Both the position numbers and the translations under genes were made by a program. Positions 50,631-62,821 of a stretch of DNA of 64,000 nt are shown piece by piece (the stretch's first letter is position 1; each line of letters begins with the position of its first letter). The stretch spans positions 31,000,001 to 31,064,000 of the forward strand of contig NC_043014.1 in the NCBI RefSeq assembly GCF_006345805.1, in the 5' to 3' direction. This DNA comes from Octopus sinensis. Lineage: Eukaryota. The notes beneath the pieces are model-generated. The model did no database searches. It was given only the letters and a program-made list of their open reading frames with translations, and was not told the origin of the DNA.

Positions 50631-50739
50631 ATTATGTATTTATGAATTACTCTTTTCTTAATTCAATGTGTTGGTCTTATATCTTTGGATTTTCCCTTAA
50701 CACATTTTCATTATTCTTTTTCTTTTTGTTTCACAATAG

Positions 50740-50914
50740 GTGACAAGTTTCGGATGGTGATAGCTACAACTTTACGTGAAGATGGCTATCCTGATGATGG
50801 GGAATATTCACCTGTTGATAGTGGCCCAACCCGAGCAGACAGCTTTGAATATGTTATGTATGGAAAGGTTTATAAATTGGAAGGTGATGAGACCGGCGCT
50901 GACTCTGGAAGACT
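50740..50914 (+). CDS. POLR2H: Internal coding exon of DNA-directed RNA polymerases I/II/III subunit RPABC3 (RPB8)
   Basis: Translates as (G)[57 protein letters not shown](L), matching the central RPB8 segment (human, from memory: [60 protein letters not shown]). Polypyrimidine tract plus AG at 50738-50739 (phase 1). Donor CT|GTAAGT at 50915 (phase 2). Confidence 0.95.
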
Positions 50915-53900
50915 GTAAGTAAACACACTTTTATCACTGATTTTTGTTTGAAAAACTCTCATGGTTTATCTAATTAAGCTATCTTTTAAACTGACATGAT
51001 CAATACTGTGTATTGCAACACTATTTTGTGGTTGGTAGATTCATTCCTACTGTTGACTGTCTATAAATGTGTGCCTTGGTCTATCTTGTTGTGGTGGGGT
51101 GGGGACATGATAAAGTATTATTTCTTTCAGGAATAAATATGGATGCAGACATGGCTGCATGGTAAAGAAGTACACTTCACAACCAGAAGGTTTTAGGCTC
51201 AATCCTTTACTCAACCTCTTGAGTAGGTGTCTTCTGTCTTAGCTTTGAGTTTGTGAAAGAAATTTGATTGGCAGAAACAGTGCAGAAAGAAGCTGCTATT
51301 GTTCTTGGTTAGCAGACTTAATCAGTTTACCTTTAGCCAAATTCAGTCTGTTGCAAGAATTCAGAGACAGATTTCTGGTCTGAGCATATCTTCTCTTCCA
51401 CTAGATTTTGGAGGCCCTGAAAAGGGCTATAAGTGCTGCTGTTACTCCTCTGAATAAACCATTAAAAAAAGTAAAAAAGATTGATGTTCTCCCCAGAAGC
51501 AGATTCTTCTCTTTATTTCTTTAATTTTTGGTCATAGGTTTTCAGAAAATGTCCCCAGTACTTTTGTTGACTTTGGAAAGATGAAAGATAGAGTTGACTT
51601 CGGTCAGATTTGAACTTAGAACATGAAAAGTAATGGTTCTTCATGTTCTGAGTTCAAATCCTGCCAAAGTCAACTTTGCCTTTCATACTTCTAGGATACA
51701 CATTATAAAATATTAGTCAAGTACTGGGTGTGAGTTTGGGGCTCAGTTTAATTGATTCACCTCTGTATCGAAATTTCAGGTCTTGTATCTCAGTTTGAAA
51801 TGTCATTATTATTTTTAAAACTATTTGTGAATCTGTGGTTAAAATGCTAAAATAATTTGTTTTTTAATGTCAAATCATGGTGAAAAATGTCAGAATAAGT
51901 AAATATTTGTGAATCTGAGGTTAATATTTTGATGGCAGTGGGTGGATTAACAGAATTGATAGAGTACCAGATAAATTGCCTTGTGTGTGTTAGGATTAAC
52001 CTATCTCATCATGTATCGAAGGGAGAGTAATAGAATTATCTGAGACAGGTTCATCCAACAAGCCTATGGAGCTTTAAGTTGTCTGGAGTGAAGTCAACTT
52101 GTTATTTAATATTATATGCAGCTATTACCAAACGTCTTGAGTGCCACTTTTTTCTGTTTGTCCACCTGTGTTACACAAACCTACATACACGCACATACAA
52201 TATATACTTGTATGCAAACAAACTGAAAGAACCTGTTCCTTTATCTTTTTTTAATTAAATTATATTATATCCTTATTCCCTTTTTTATGTATGAATATGT
52301 ATACACCTTTTATATCAGCCCCACTTTAGTGTATATTTATAAAAGAAAATTTGAAGAAATTTTTTGAGCAAACACCAAACAAACTCTACCTTCACAAAAC
52401 AGGAAATTTCATATCCCTACAGACTGATCAAATTGCTTATAGAATAATGAACACCTAGAGAGAATTTGTGAACATCAAAGTACAAGAGATACCTCTTTCT
52501 ATACCAAGACATGCATAATTCTTGCAATGTTCAAATCTCACAAAAGTCAGCTTTGCCTGTCATCCTTTCAGGGTTGATGAAATGAAGTACCAGTCAACTG
52601 CTGGGGTTGTTACAAATGACTATAGGTTTATCCAAAATTTTCTGCCTTATGACTATTATAAAAAAAAAAAATCATCAATTTTTCTTATGTCTTTTTTTCT
52701 TTCCTATAATTTTTTTTTTTTAATTTGGTTGTACAGTCTATAATTAGAGTGCTGAAATAATCAAGATTCTTTATTTATTGACAACTCTAAGGTTAAAATG
52801 TCAAATTTTTGTTTTATTTCTGTTAGCTGGCCTCTGGCCTGAAATGCTGATATCTTCTCTCTGTTTAGTCCAAAAATCTAAGTTTGTGTGTGTGAGCAAG
52901 AGAGAGAGAGAGATTCTAATCTTTGACCATTTCATTACCATATTTTTAGCAAAATACACTGTCTATGGATTTTCTATTAATTTTGAAAATAATAAAAAAT
53001 TTGGAGGGATTTTGGATCTAAAGGCTTCGTCATTATTAAGCGGATGTTGGTCTTTGCCAGAGCACCACCTTGAATATTGAACAAATTGATTCTAGTACTT
53101 ACTTTTAAACCTGGTACATATTCTATTGGCCTCTTTTGCAAGATCACTAAGTTATGGGGATGCAAACAAACCAACACTGGTTATTGAGCAGTGGTAGAGG
53201 GTACACAAAAATACACACACACATGTACCATGGGTTTCTTTTAGTTTCCAGCTATGAAATCCACTCACAAGGCTTTGAAGACACTTGCCCAAGGTGCCAT
53301 GCAGTAGAACTGAACCTGAAACCAAGTGGTTGGGAAACAAGTTTCTTACCACATAGCCATACCTACTTGTAACATAAATCACCAAAAGGCTATTAAACAT
53401 AATTATAGAAGTTTTTTTATTTTATTTTATTTTTCTAATTTATAAATGGAAGTATTGAAACACAAGGTTTTGTGTCATGAGCCCAGAGACTAGTCCCAGG
53501 TGGGCTGGTATCAAAAAAAGTTAATGAAGTAAAATATATACAGAATTGGATGAAATGCTTTGTGATATTTCTTCGAGCTCTTTGCATTCTGAGTTCAAAT
53601 TCTGCTGGGGTTATCTTTGTTTTATATTTTTCCTGGATTAATAAAGTACCAGTCAGATACTTGGAGGCAGTTTAATCAACTGATCCTTTCCCTCAAAAAT
53701 GCTTGCCCCTTTTCTATATCAGAAATTATTGTTGTTGTTTGTATTTAATTATGTCTCTTTACATACTTTGCATTAAGGGTAGCTTTACCATTATTGTTGA
53801 GGCTGCCTTTAACTCTCTTCTTTCCAGTGTTGAGAAAGAAAAAAAAGGTATCAAGTACGGGTGGTAAGACACCAGAATATACAACCCTAAACTTATAAAA

Positions 53901-53944
53901 TATTTGATTGAAACACAAGTGTTGGAAGTGTGGTGAATTCTGAT

Positions 53945-54125
53945 ATTCTGTGAGAAGTGGTGAGCCCTGGTGTTTTATGAGGAGAGGTAACTCCTGGTGT
54001 TTTGTGCAAAGAGGTCAGTTTTAGTGTTTTGTAAAAAGAGTTGACTCCTGGTATTTTGTGAAGAGATTGTAAAGGAGAGTTGTTTTCTAGTGTTTTGTGA
54101 GGGGAGGTGAATCCTAGTGATGTTG
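53945..54125. repeat. Degenerate 27-bp minisatellite
   Basis: Units such as ctcctggtgttttgtgcaaagaggtca start at ~53964, 53991, 54018 and 54045. The minus ORF shows repeated QNTR/QNTK words. Confidence 0.75.
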
Positions 54126-54446
54126 AGGATTTGTGACGTTGAGAGGTGTCTTTTGATAATGATGTGCAAATTTAGTTTTTGGAATTTTATAAACTGTTCT
54201 GTTGCTATAGATCATAAGATTCCTATCTTACTAGTTGTTTTTCTTTTCTCTTGCATAAACCTCACAGAATTTGATTACAGTTTGAATAACAACCTACATA
54301 TTTAGGAGACTTGACAATGACTAACTTAAATTCAAGTGTTTTACAAATTTTGACACTGTCTCCATCCAAACTCTGTCTTGCTATACAATGTGGCATTAAA
54401 TACCATCTCAACACTCCATCTCAGCCCTGATGAAGACATTAAGAAA

Positions 54447-54600
54447 GGGAAACTCTATGTGGTCATTTAACTCACTGGAATTAGTAGCCAAATATCCCTC
54501 AAATCAACTCCCTCCCATTATCTTGAAATTGACACATATAATAATGTAATTTTACTTACCCCTACAAAGATAGGATGATCAAAGCTGGAATTCTTTGATT
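54447..54600 (+). repeat. Additional dispersed repeat family E (class uncertain)
   Basis: Recurrent words tatgtggtcatt.aac..gctagaaatagcagccaaat.tccctcaaatc..gacacatt.gataat..ctagata. Related copies near 27918-28040, 38870-39060 and 41100-41260 (+), and 4050-4260, 46160-46210, 47460-47560 and 58850-58975 (-). Confidence 0.5.
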
Positions 54601-54728
54601 ATATATTACTCAGAGTGGATTTGGAGGTTAAGCAACAACTTTAGTCATTAACACCAAATCATTGTCATGTACAGTTGGACACATTTGGAATCTTAATGGA
54701 CTCTGTTCAGACATAAAGCACTCTCTTT

Positions 54729-54790
<62 letters not shown>

Positions 54791-55209
54791 TCTTCTCAGA
54801 GACATGCACACCCACATGCAGACACCTAATATAATACTTATGTTATATTATAGTAGACAGAATGAAATACTCTGGCAGACGTGGGTACCATAGTGTGTTT
54901 GCAGTACTACCCCTGTGTGAACACAGCTGGTGGTATCTGGTTCTGTTTGAGCAATCTCTTCTCATCATAGCCCTACAGTTCTTTCATCACACACACACAC
55001 ACCTCCCCCATTTCCCACCTTTTCTTTTACCATCATTTTCTATAATCACCACCACCACCATCTCCATTATGATTATGATCATACTTCCTATATCTTTCTT
55101 TCTAAATACAATGTTAACATCAATAAAACACCAGTGTCAATTACATCAACTGTGTCCACCATCCTTGTCCTTGACAAACTAACTGACCACACAATTCCAA
55201 CAAAGAACT

Positions 55210-55530
55210 GTGTGCATGCATGCATCAGCCCACAGCCTCCTACCTCATAGCTATTCATTGCATGTGCTGGAAGGGTCATGTCCTCTGTCTCCCACCAGAT
55301 CATCCTACCTGGCATTACTCTCATTTGACATAGCAGCTGCAAGCTGGAAGAGGCCTTGTGGCAGGCACTGCACCACTTGGCTGGATGTGATTATGGAAGA
55401 TTTCCAGAGGTTCAAAGTCACCTTAGAGGATCTAGTGAGGCTGACATGGGACCACCAGCAATGGAGAGCACTGGTGGACCTTGTCAGCTCTATGCATGAT
55501 GATGTCTCTGGGACCACTAACCTAGGATGA
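55210..55530 (+). mobile_element. RTE LINE C-terminal fragment (different subfamily)
   Basis: LLSFDIAAASWKRPCGRHCTTWLDVIMEDF...LTWDHQQWRALVDLVSSMH resembles the RTE end motif W-K-R-P-R-G-R-P...W-L-D...D-R..W-R. Confidence 0.7.
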
Positions 55531-56217
55531 CCCAGCCTCTTCAAGCAAGAGCATGAAGCAATCAAAGTGATTTCAATAGTCTAACCTTTTTTTATACTTA
55601 TATTTCTCTGTATTTTTTGTTCTGATCAGTTAATCCTTTTGGTGTCAATACTTATTGATGTTTCTTCTTAACATTTTAACTCCAAACATGTATTTCAGCT
55701 TTCAGTTGTCTTGAGATAATCTGTGAGCGAAGTTTAAAGCAGTCAAAGAGGAGACTGTTTTTATGAGATAGAAAAGGAAGGGTTATTTAAAATTCTACCA
55801 AAGCAGAAGAATATAACCTAGATTCAAGACGCATATAGGTGCAGACATGACTGTGGTAAGAAGCTTGCTTCCCAGCCACATGGTTCTGGTTTCAGTCCCA
55901 CTGTGTGGCATCTTGGGCAAGTGTCTTCTACTACAGCCTTGGTCCAATCAAAGCTATGTGAGTGGATTTGGCGGATAGAAACTGAAAAGAAGTCCATCAT
56001 ATTTGTGTGTGTGTCTGTCTATCTGTCCGTGTCCCACACCACTGCTTGATGACTGGTGTTGGTGTGTTTATATGCCTGTAACTGAGTGTTTAGCAAAAAA
56101 GACTGATAGAATAAGTACCAGTCATCCAACTAAATGTTCTTCAAGGCGTTGCCACAGTCTAATGACTGAAACTAGTAAAAGAAAGATTGGAATATATATA
56201 TATGTATATATATATAC

Positions 56218-56260
<43 letters not shown>

Positions 56261-56850
56261 ATATAATCATATTGCTTTTGAGAGGTTTACATGTTTTAGT
56301 GATAGAACTGCAGCCATGCTGGGACACAGCCTTGATAGGTTTTGCTAAACAAGTCAACCCCAGTATTTTTGTAGAGCCTGGCATTTATTCTGCCTAAGTT
56401 ACAGAGATGTAAATAAACCAACAGTGGTTGTCGAGTATTGGTGGAGAGGGTAGAAATACACACACATACACACGATGGGCTTTCACACATTTTCCATCTA
56501 CCAAATTCACTCACAAGGCTTTGGTCTACTCAGAGCAATAATAGGAGACACTTATTCAAGGTCCTGCACAATGATACTGAACCTGAAACCATATGCTAGG
56601 AAAGCAAACAACTAAACCACACAGCCATGCCTGCCCCTGGTTTCTGGACGTTATTCCAACATTGAGGTCCAATGGTAATACTAGAAGAAATTAACAAATT
56701 AGACTGGAGTAATGTGAAATGAAGAGTTTTGCTCTGGAGCACAATGCCCTGCTGATCAGGGAATCAAAATCATGATTGTGACTGCAACACCCTAACCATT
56801 AATGTAAGTATATATGCACGTGTGTGTGTATATACTAATATGTAAATAAT

Positions 56851-57040
56851 TATTTCTTTACTACCCACAAGGGGCTAAACACAGTCGATAATATCGACTC
56901 CAGTGCGTAACTGGTACTTATTTAATCGACCACGAAAGGATGAAAGGCAAAGTCGACCTCGGCAGAATTTGAACTCAGACCGTTGCGGCAGATGAAATAC
57001 GGCTACGCATTTCGCCCGGTGTGCTAACGTTTCTGCCAGC
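56851..57040 (-). mobile_element. SINE family A, young copy with 15-bp TSD
   Basis: Reverse complement of the family A head and body with many CpGs retained. TSD taatat(g/a)taaataat at 56836-56850 and 57041-57055. Confidence 0.88.
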
Positions 57041-57105
57041 TAATATATAAATAATATACACAAATGCACACACATATATATACATGTGTATATACTTGCA
57101 TGGAT

Positions 57106-57143
<38 letters not shown>

Positions 57144-57489
57144 CCCTAGATGGAAATAATTACTCCTTTGTGAGTCTCCCCTTCTGTCTGTCTGCCATTT
57201 TATAAGCGCACACAGATAGTCAAATGCCCATTAATTTATGCCTGCTGCGCACATAGCAATAAGATTTTCCTCATTTGCTTAGTTTCCAGTCTCTAGAGTT
57301 ATCTCCCTTCGTTTTGTGGCTGTCCGGACAGCTGTCTGTAATGTTGTGTCTGGTATTATTGATTCCAGCTGGATGGCGGGCTGTCTATCTGTCTCTCCGT
57401 CTGTCTGCTGACCAGCCAGGTCGGCTGGTTTTCGTTTCTGCCTGACTATTATGGAACAGCCAGTCAACCAGTATTGTCTACCATTTTGC

Positions 57490-57700
57490 CATGTTTTTCT
57501 TCTTTTCCACTATCATCACTACCATCATTTCTGTTGTAATTTCCTCCTCCTCCTCCCCCTTCATATTTTTTGTCATCACATTTTCTTCTTCTTCGTCGTC
57601 ATCATTGTCACATTTTTCTTCATCGTTTTCCTCTTCTTCATCGTATTCTTTTTCATTGTATTCTTCTTCTTCTTCATCCTCTTTGTATTGTTTTCTTTTC
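57490..57700. repeat. Compound (CAT/CTC/TTC)n low-complexity tract
   Basis: Explains the overlapping acidic, poly-Ser and poly-Phe ORFs at 57451-57918. Confidence 0.85.
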
Positions 57701-59091
57701 ATATTCTTATTCTCTGTTTTTGTTTTTGCTGTCTTCAAGTCTCTACATTAAATGGGATTCTAACCGATGAGCGTACACAGTATCTATCTACACATTTGCA
57801 CACACTCGTACTCTACCTTTCTCGCATAAACATACATCCTCTCCATCCCTATCCACTCTCTCTCTCTTTTTCTTACATAAACACAGACACATGCTCACAC
57901 ACACAAGGTGTCTTTTAGTAACTTTATCATGCTAGGACATGTCTGCAGTTGTCACATGACATGTCTATCTGCTATAATGTGTGTACATCTCAGAAAGAGA
58001 GAGTAAGAGAAAAAGAGAAAGAGACTACATGTAAGAGGAGTATGAGTAGTTCAATCATGTGATGCTTGCTGTCTGTAAAGAGAGAGTAAGAGAGAGAGAG
58101 AGAGCGGGAAGGTGAGATGGGAAACCTAATTCTCTTTCAATCTTCTCTCTCTCTCCCTCTCTTTCACACGATTTCTCTTTATCTCTCTCACTCCCTCTTA
58201 TTGCCTTTCTTTTTTAATGATCTAAATGAATGTTTACTTGATTTAGTGTTTGTCAGTGTTTAATTTTTTTTTTTTTTGTATTTTACCTTTTCTATTTTTC
58301 CTAACATAATTTACATAAATTTGCATGTCGCCAGGTGGAAAGAGAAAGAGAAAGGAGGAAGGAAACCAGCTGTTTGCTGAGGAAATCTTTTTCGTCTTTT
58401 ATCTTTTACTTATTTCAGTCATTAGACAGTGGCCATGCTGGGGCACTACCTGGAAGCATGAATCAATCCCTGTACTTATTTAAAAAAATTTTTTTTATTG
58501 ATGTCTTATGGCAAACTGCTAAATTACTGGGATTAAACAAACCCGCACTGGTTGTCAGCAGTGGAGGTCAAGCATGCACACACACAACAGGCTTCTTTCA
58601 GTTTCCATCTATTGAATCCACTCACTAGGCTTTTGTTGGCCTAGGGCTATAGTAGAAGATACTTACCAAAGGTGCAACACACAGGGCTTGAACCAGGAAC
58701 CATGTGATTAGGAAGCGAACTTACCACACAGCCACGGCAGCCTAAGACTGCAATTTCTCATTTTCCTGCGCAAAACAATTGTTGTCGTCATTAATGGCAA
58801 TTAGTATTATTATTGTGGTTAGTATTTTACAGATGGGGGAGGCAAGTGACAAATGTTGTTGTTTAACCCCGGGTCAATCTTCATTGAGTGGGCTTATGAT
58901 CAAAAAAAATTTTCCAACTGTGACCACTTCATCATTTTCAAAAGTATATTGGAGGATTATATGTGTCCTTCCATTATTTTTATGACTTTAAGTATAGTTT
59001 AAGGTAGATTTTAGTTATTATTTTATTATTTTTAGAAAGTTGAGTGACCAAGGAGAGACTTCTGAAGTGCGTGTGAGAGAGAGAGCCAGAC

Positions 59092-59140
<49 letters not shown>

Positions 59141-59651
59141 TAGATAGACAAACAGAGAGAGAGAGAGAGAGACTACATGTGAGCATGTCTGTCCAGTATT
59201 AAGTACTTCTTATCTTACAGCTATTCAGTATCTTTCCTTCAGTTATGTAACTATGATGATGATGGTGATAATAAATTTTTTCAAATGTTGGCTCAAGGCC
59301 AGCAGTTTTGAAGGGAAGAGCAAGTTGATTACATCAAATCCCCCACCTCCCTAGTACTTGACTAGTACTTTATTTCAATCAACCCTGGAAGGATGAAAGG
59401 CAAAGTTGACCTCAGCAGGAATTGAACTCAGCATGCAAAAAGCTGGAAGAAAAGTCATAACCAACCCATGCTACAAACGTTTCCCCTATTTCAGTTCCAA
59501 CAGCTTATTGAAACTGAATAGCTTAAGACCATTATCCATTTGTTTCTATTTGTAATATACATAATATTTTCATTAATTTAAGCATATTACTCTACCTCTG
59601 GTATTCGAGTACTACTTTTTACAACTTGTTTCACATTTATGTGCTTACTCT

Positions 59652-59699
<48 letters not shown>

Positions 59700-60660
59700 A
59701 TAGGCACAGGCATAGCTGTGTGGTAAGAAGGTTGCTTCGCTACCACATGGTTCTGAGTTCACTCCCACTGCATGGTACCTTGGGCAAGTGTCTTCTAATA
59801 TTGCCATGGGCTGACCAAAGCCTTGTGAGTGGAGTTAGTAGATGGAAACTGAAAGAAACCCATTATGTGTGTATGTGTGTGTGTGTTCCCCCAACATTGC
59901 TTGAGAGCCAAAGTTGGTGTGTTTATGTCTGTAACTTAGCAGTTTGGCAAAAGAGATTGAGAGAATAAGTATTAGGCTTACAAAGAACAAGTCCTGGGGT
60001 CAGTTTGTTTGACTAAAGGCAGTGCTCCTGCATGGCCACAGTAAAATGGCAAACAAATAAGAGAATATATTGATAGATAAACAGTGATGCATACAGAGAC
60101 AGCTATTTGTCTATAGTGAGAATTTTTATCCATAACAAAATACAGTGTATAGCTTTCTTTTAGGTTTGACTGTTTCTCCAGCATATTTGAAATGGTAATA
60201 AGTTTGTGTGTGCATGTGTATTCTCTTATTCTTTTGTTCTTTTACATGTTTCAGTCATTTTGACTGCGGCCATGCTGTAGCACCGCTTTAAAGGGTTTTT
60301 AGTCGAAGCAATCGACCCCAGAACTTATTCTTTGTAAATCTAGTAACTTATTCTACCGGTTTCTTTTGCCAAACTGCTAAATTATGGGGATGTAAGCACA
60401 CCAACATCAGTTATTAGGTAATGGTGGTGGTGGTGGTGGTGGTGGTGGTGGGGAGAAATACAGACACAAAGACACACACACATAAAATATACATATTTAC
60501 AACGGGCTTCTTTCAGTTTCCATCTACCAAATCCACTCACAAGGCTTTGGTCAACCTGAGGCTATAGTAGAAGACTCTTGCCTAAGGTGCCACACAGTGG
60601 TACTGAACCTGGAAGAATCTGGTATGGAAGCAAACTTCTCACTACAGAGACATGCCTGTG

Positions 60661-60755
<95 letters not shown>

Positions 60756-60894
60756 TGGTAAATGCACTCGTCCTTTGGACGGTTTAAGTTGCTTTGATGG
60801 ATATTTTTCACCAAATAATTGAAATACCGATAAGGTTTATGAGTAGCACGGCAATCTATGTTTCTGATTAACCTAGGAACAGAAAATCAAATTG

Positions 60895-61400
60895 AAGGGC
60901 GGTTATTGTGGAGGTTATTGCACTTTAATGATCATGGACCATATAAGCTTGCAAGTGATGCAAAGTAGAGCTACTAAAGTGTTTTGGTAGTAGATTATGG
61001 ATAATGACTACAAAATATATTTGTTTAACATGAAAGTGGAATTTCTTGTCAGAATCAGCTGCATAAATGGTGTATGGAAATTGAAGGAAGGCATTGAAAC
61101 TTCTCCTCTGCAAGTTTTCGTTCAACAGCAAAGGGAGTTATTTTTTTGGAGAGAAGTATGATTGGTACATTCAAAAATGGCAATATAATACCTACTTGAA
61201 AACGTAAAGTGAAAGGAATGTATTTATGTGCTTACAGTGTATGACCACTCTGAAATTGATATCAGGTAATGAAAAATGAAGACATGAAGAGTTTGACTTC
61301 AGTTCACAAATACTGCTTTGAATCTTTAGCAGTTCGCAGTGAAAATATGTCATGTTGAAATGTAGACAGATAATTGTGAAGTTGTAATGACGGTAAAAGT
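60895..61400 (+). mobile_element. Highly decayed second mariner fragment
   Basis: Patchy frames resemble mariner motifs: LWRLLHF (~LREVLLHYF), SY*SVLVVDYG (~SYRILVEVYG), KLKEGIE..LQVFVQQQRELFFWREV (~ELKPRDIE..LLLQRQKRKGFLHRIV), and DIQKWQYN (~DEKWIYYD). Many stops and indels. Confidence 0.45.
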
Positions 61401-62774
61401 GAGCAGGCTACATGTATATACGTTCTCAAAATAATCTTGTTGTGACCAGAGAGTTTACTTGGTATTGGATATTCATTGTGTACAGTGTGTCTAATCAATT
61501 TAATCACAGTTGCTTTTATAATATTCTCTAACCAAAACTCAAACTATACACACCAATATGCATATAAAATAAAATATAGTAAGTAATAATACAGAATTAC
61601 AGCATATAAATAAATAATAAATAAAAAAAATGTGATAACCACTAAAAAATATTCTGTAATGCAAATATATGACCATATAGATTTTCAAAAAACTATGTAC
61701 ATACAACGAATTTGGATAAATCTTTTAAATTAACATAAACATCTATTTATATGAAAGGAAATAACTGGAGATATAACACATGTTGTGCTAAAAATAATAG
61801 CTAAATAAGATTTTTGGGATTAATCTTCAATTAACATAAATATTTATTTACATGAAAATAAAATGATAACTTCCAAGTCCTGTTTCCTGACTGGGTCACC
61901 ATGCAGGTGGACAGTCGAAATAAATATATAGACAAAATCCTTTCACTTTTATAAAAAGATTAAAAAAGTATGGAAGACCCTATGTACAAAGAAACTATGT
62001 CCATTTACAACCATTTACACAGGAGCTCTGGGCAAAATATAGTGCATGACCATCCTTGGGATGTAAGTAATGTGTGTGTAAAGTTTGAAGAAAATTGGTT
62101 GAGAATTGTGGAAATGTATGCATTAGTCATTATACATACACACACTGTGGTTTATATATATTAGATGTATATACACACACATACTGTGATTTATATATAC
62201 TAGATATATATATACACGCAGGTTTTTGAATTTGTGTTTGTTTACACACGCGCACACATCATCATCATCATTTAAAATACATTTTCCATGCTGGTATGGA
62301 GTGGACAGTTTGACAAGAGCTGGCAAGTTGGAGAGCTGCACCAGGCTCAAATTGTCTGTTTTGGCACAATTTCTACAGCTGATGCCCTTCCTAATGCCAA
62401 CCACTTAACAGAGTGTATGGAGTGCTTTTTACAAAGCACCAGCACGGGTTCTTTATATGTGGGGACTCCAGCACCCGTGAGTGCTGTAATATCTACTTTA
62501 CCATGTTTGCATGGGTCAAATGAATATTATTGAGTTTGATTTTGTACAGCCAAGTGAAATTCCTGTCATGAGCCCCCACCTGTCTCCAAGCTAGGAAATA
62601 GTTCTTTGTGACCAGACAAGGTTTTGCAGAATATTGGAAATTATTGACACCACTTGTATGATAATGATACTCATTTACAACTATCAGGCAATATCAAGAC
62701 AAGGAGATGCAAGCAGAGAGAGACATGCGCACACTCTCTTTCTCTCTCTCTCTCTCTCACACGCGCACATACAC

Positions 62775-62821
<47 letters not shown>

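Noticed and set aside
54427-54453. CTGATGA...GAAA hammerhead
   Set aside because: The intervening sequence does not pair, and the GAAA lies in repeat family E.
57451-57918. Acidic or Phe-rich proteins in overlapping ORFs
   Set aside because: These are trinucleotide low-complexity tracts that are open on both strands.
62670-62720. QGDA as the last POLR2H exon
   Set aside because: The flanking residues do not match SAYVSYGGLLMRL or NNLHGF, there is no acceptor, and it runs into a microsatellite.
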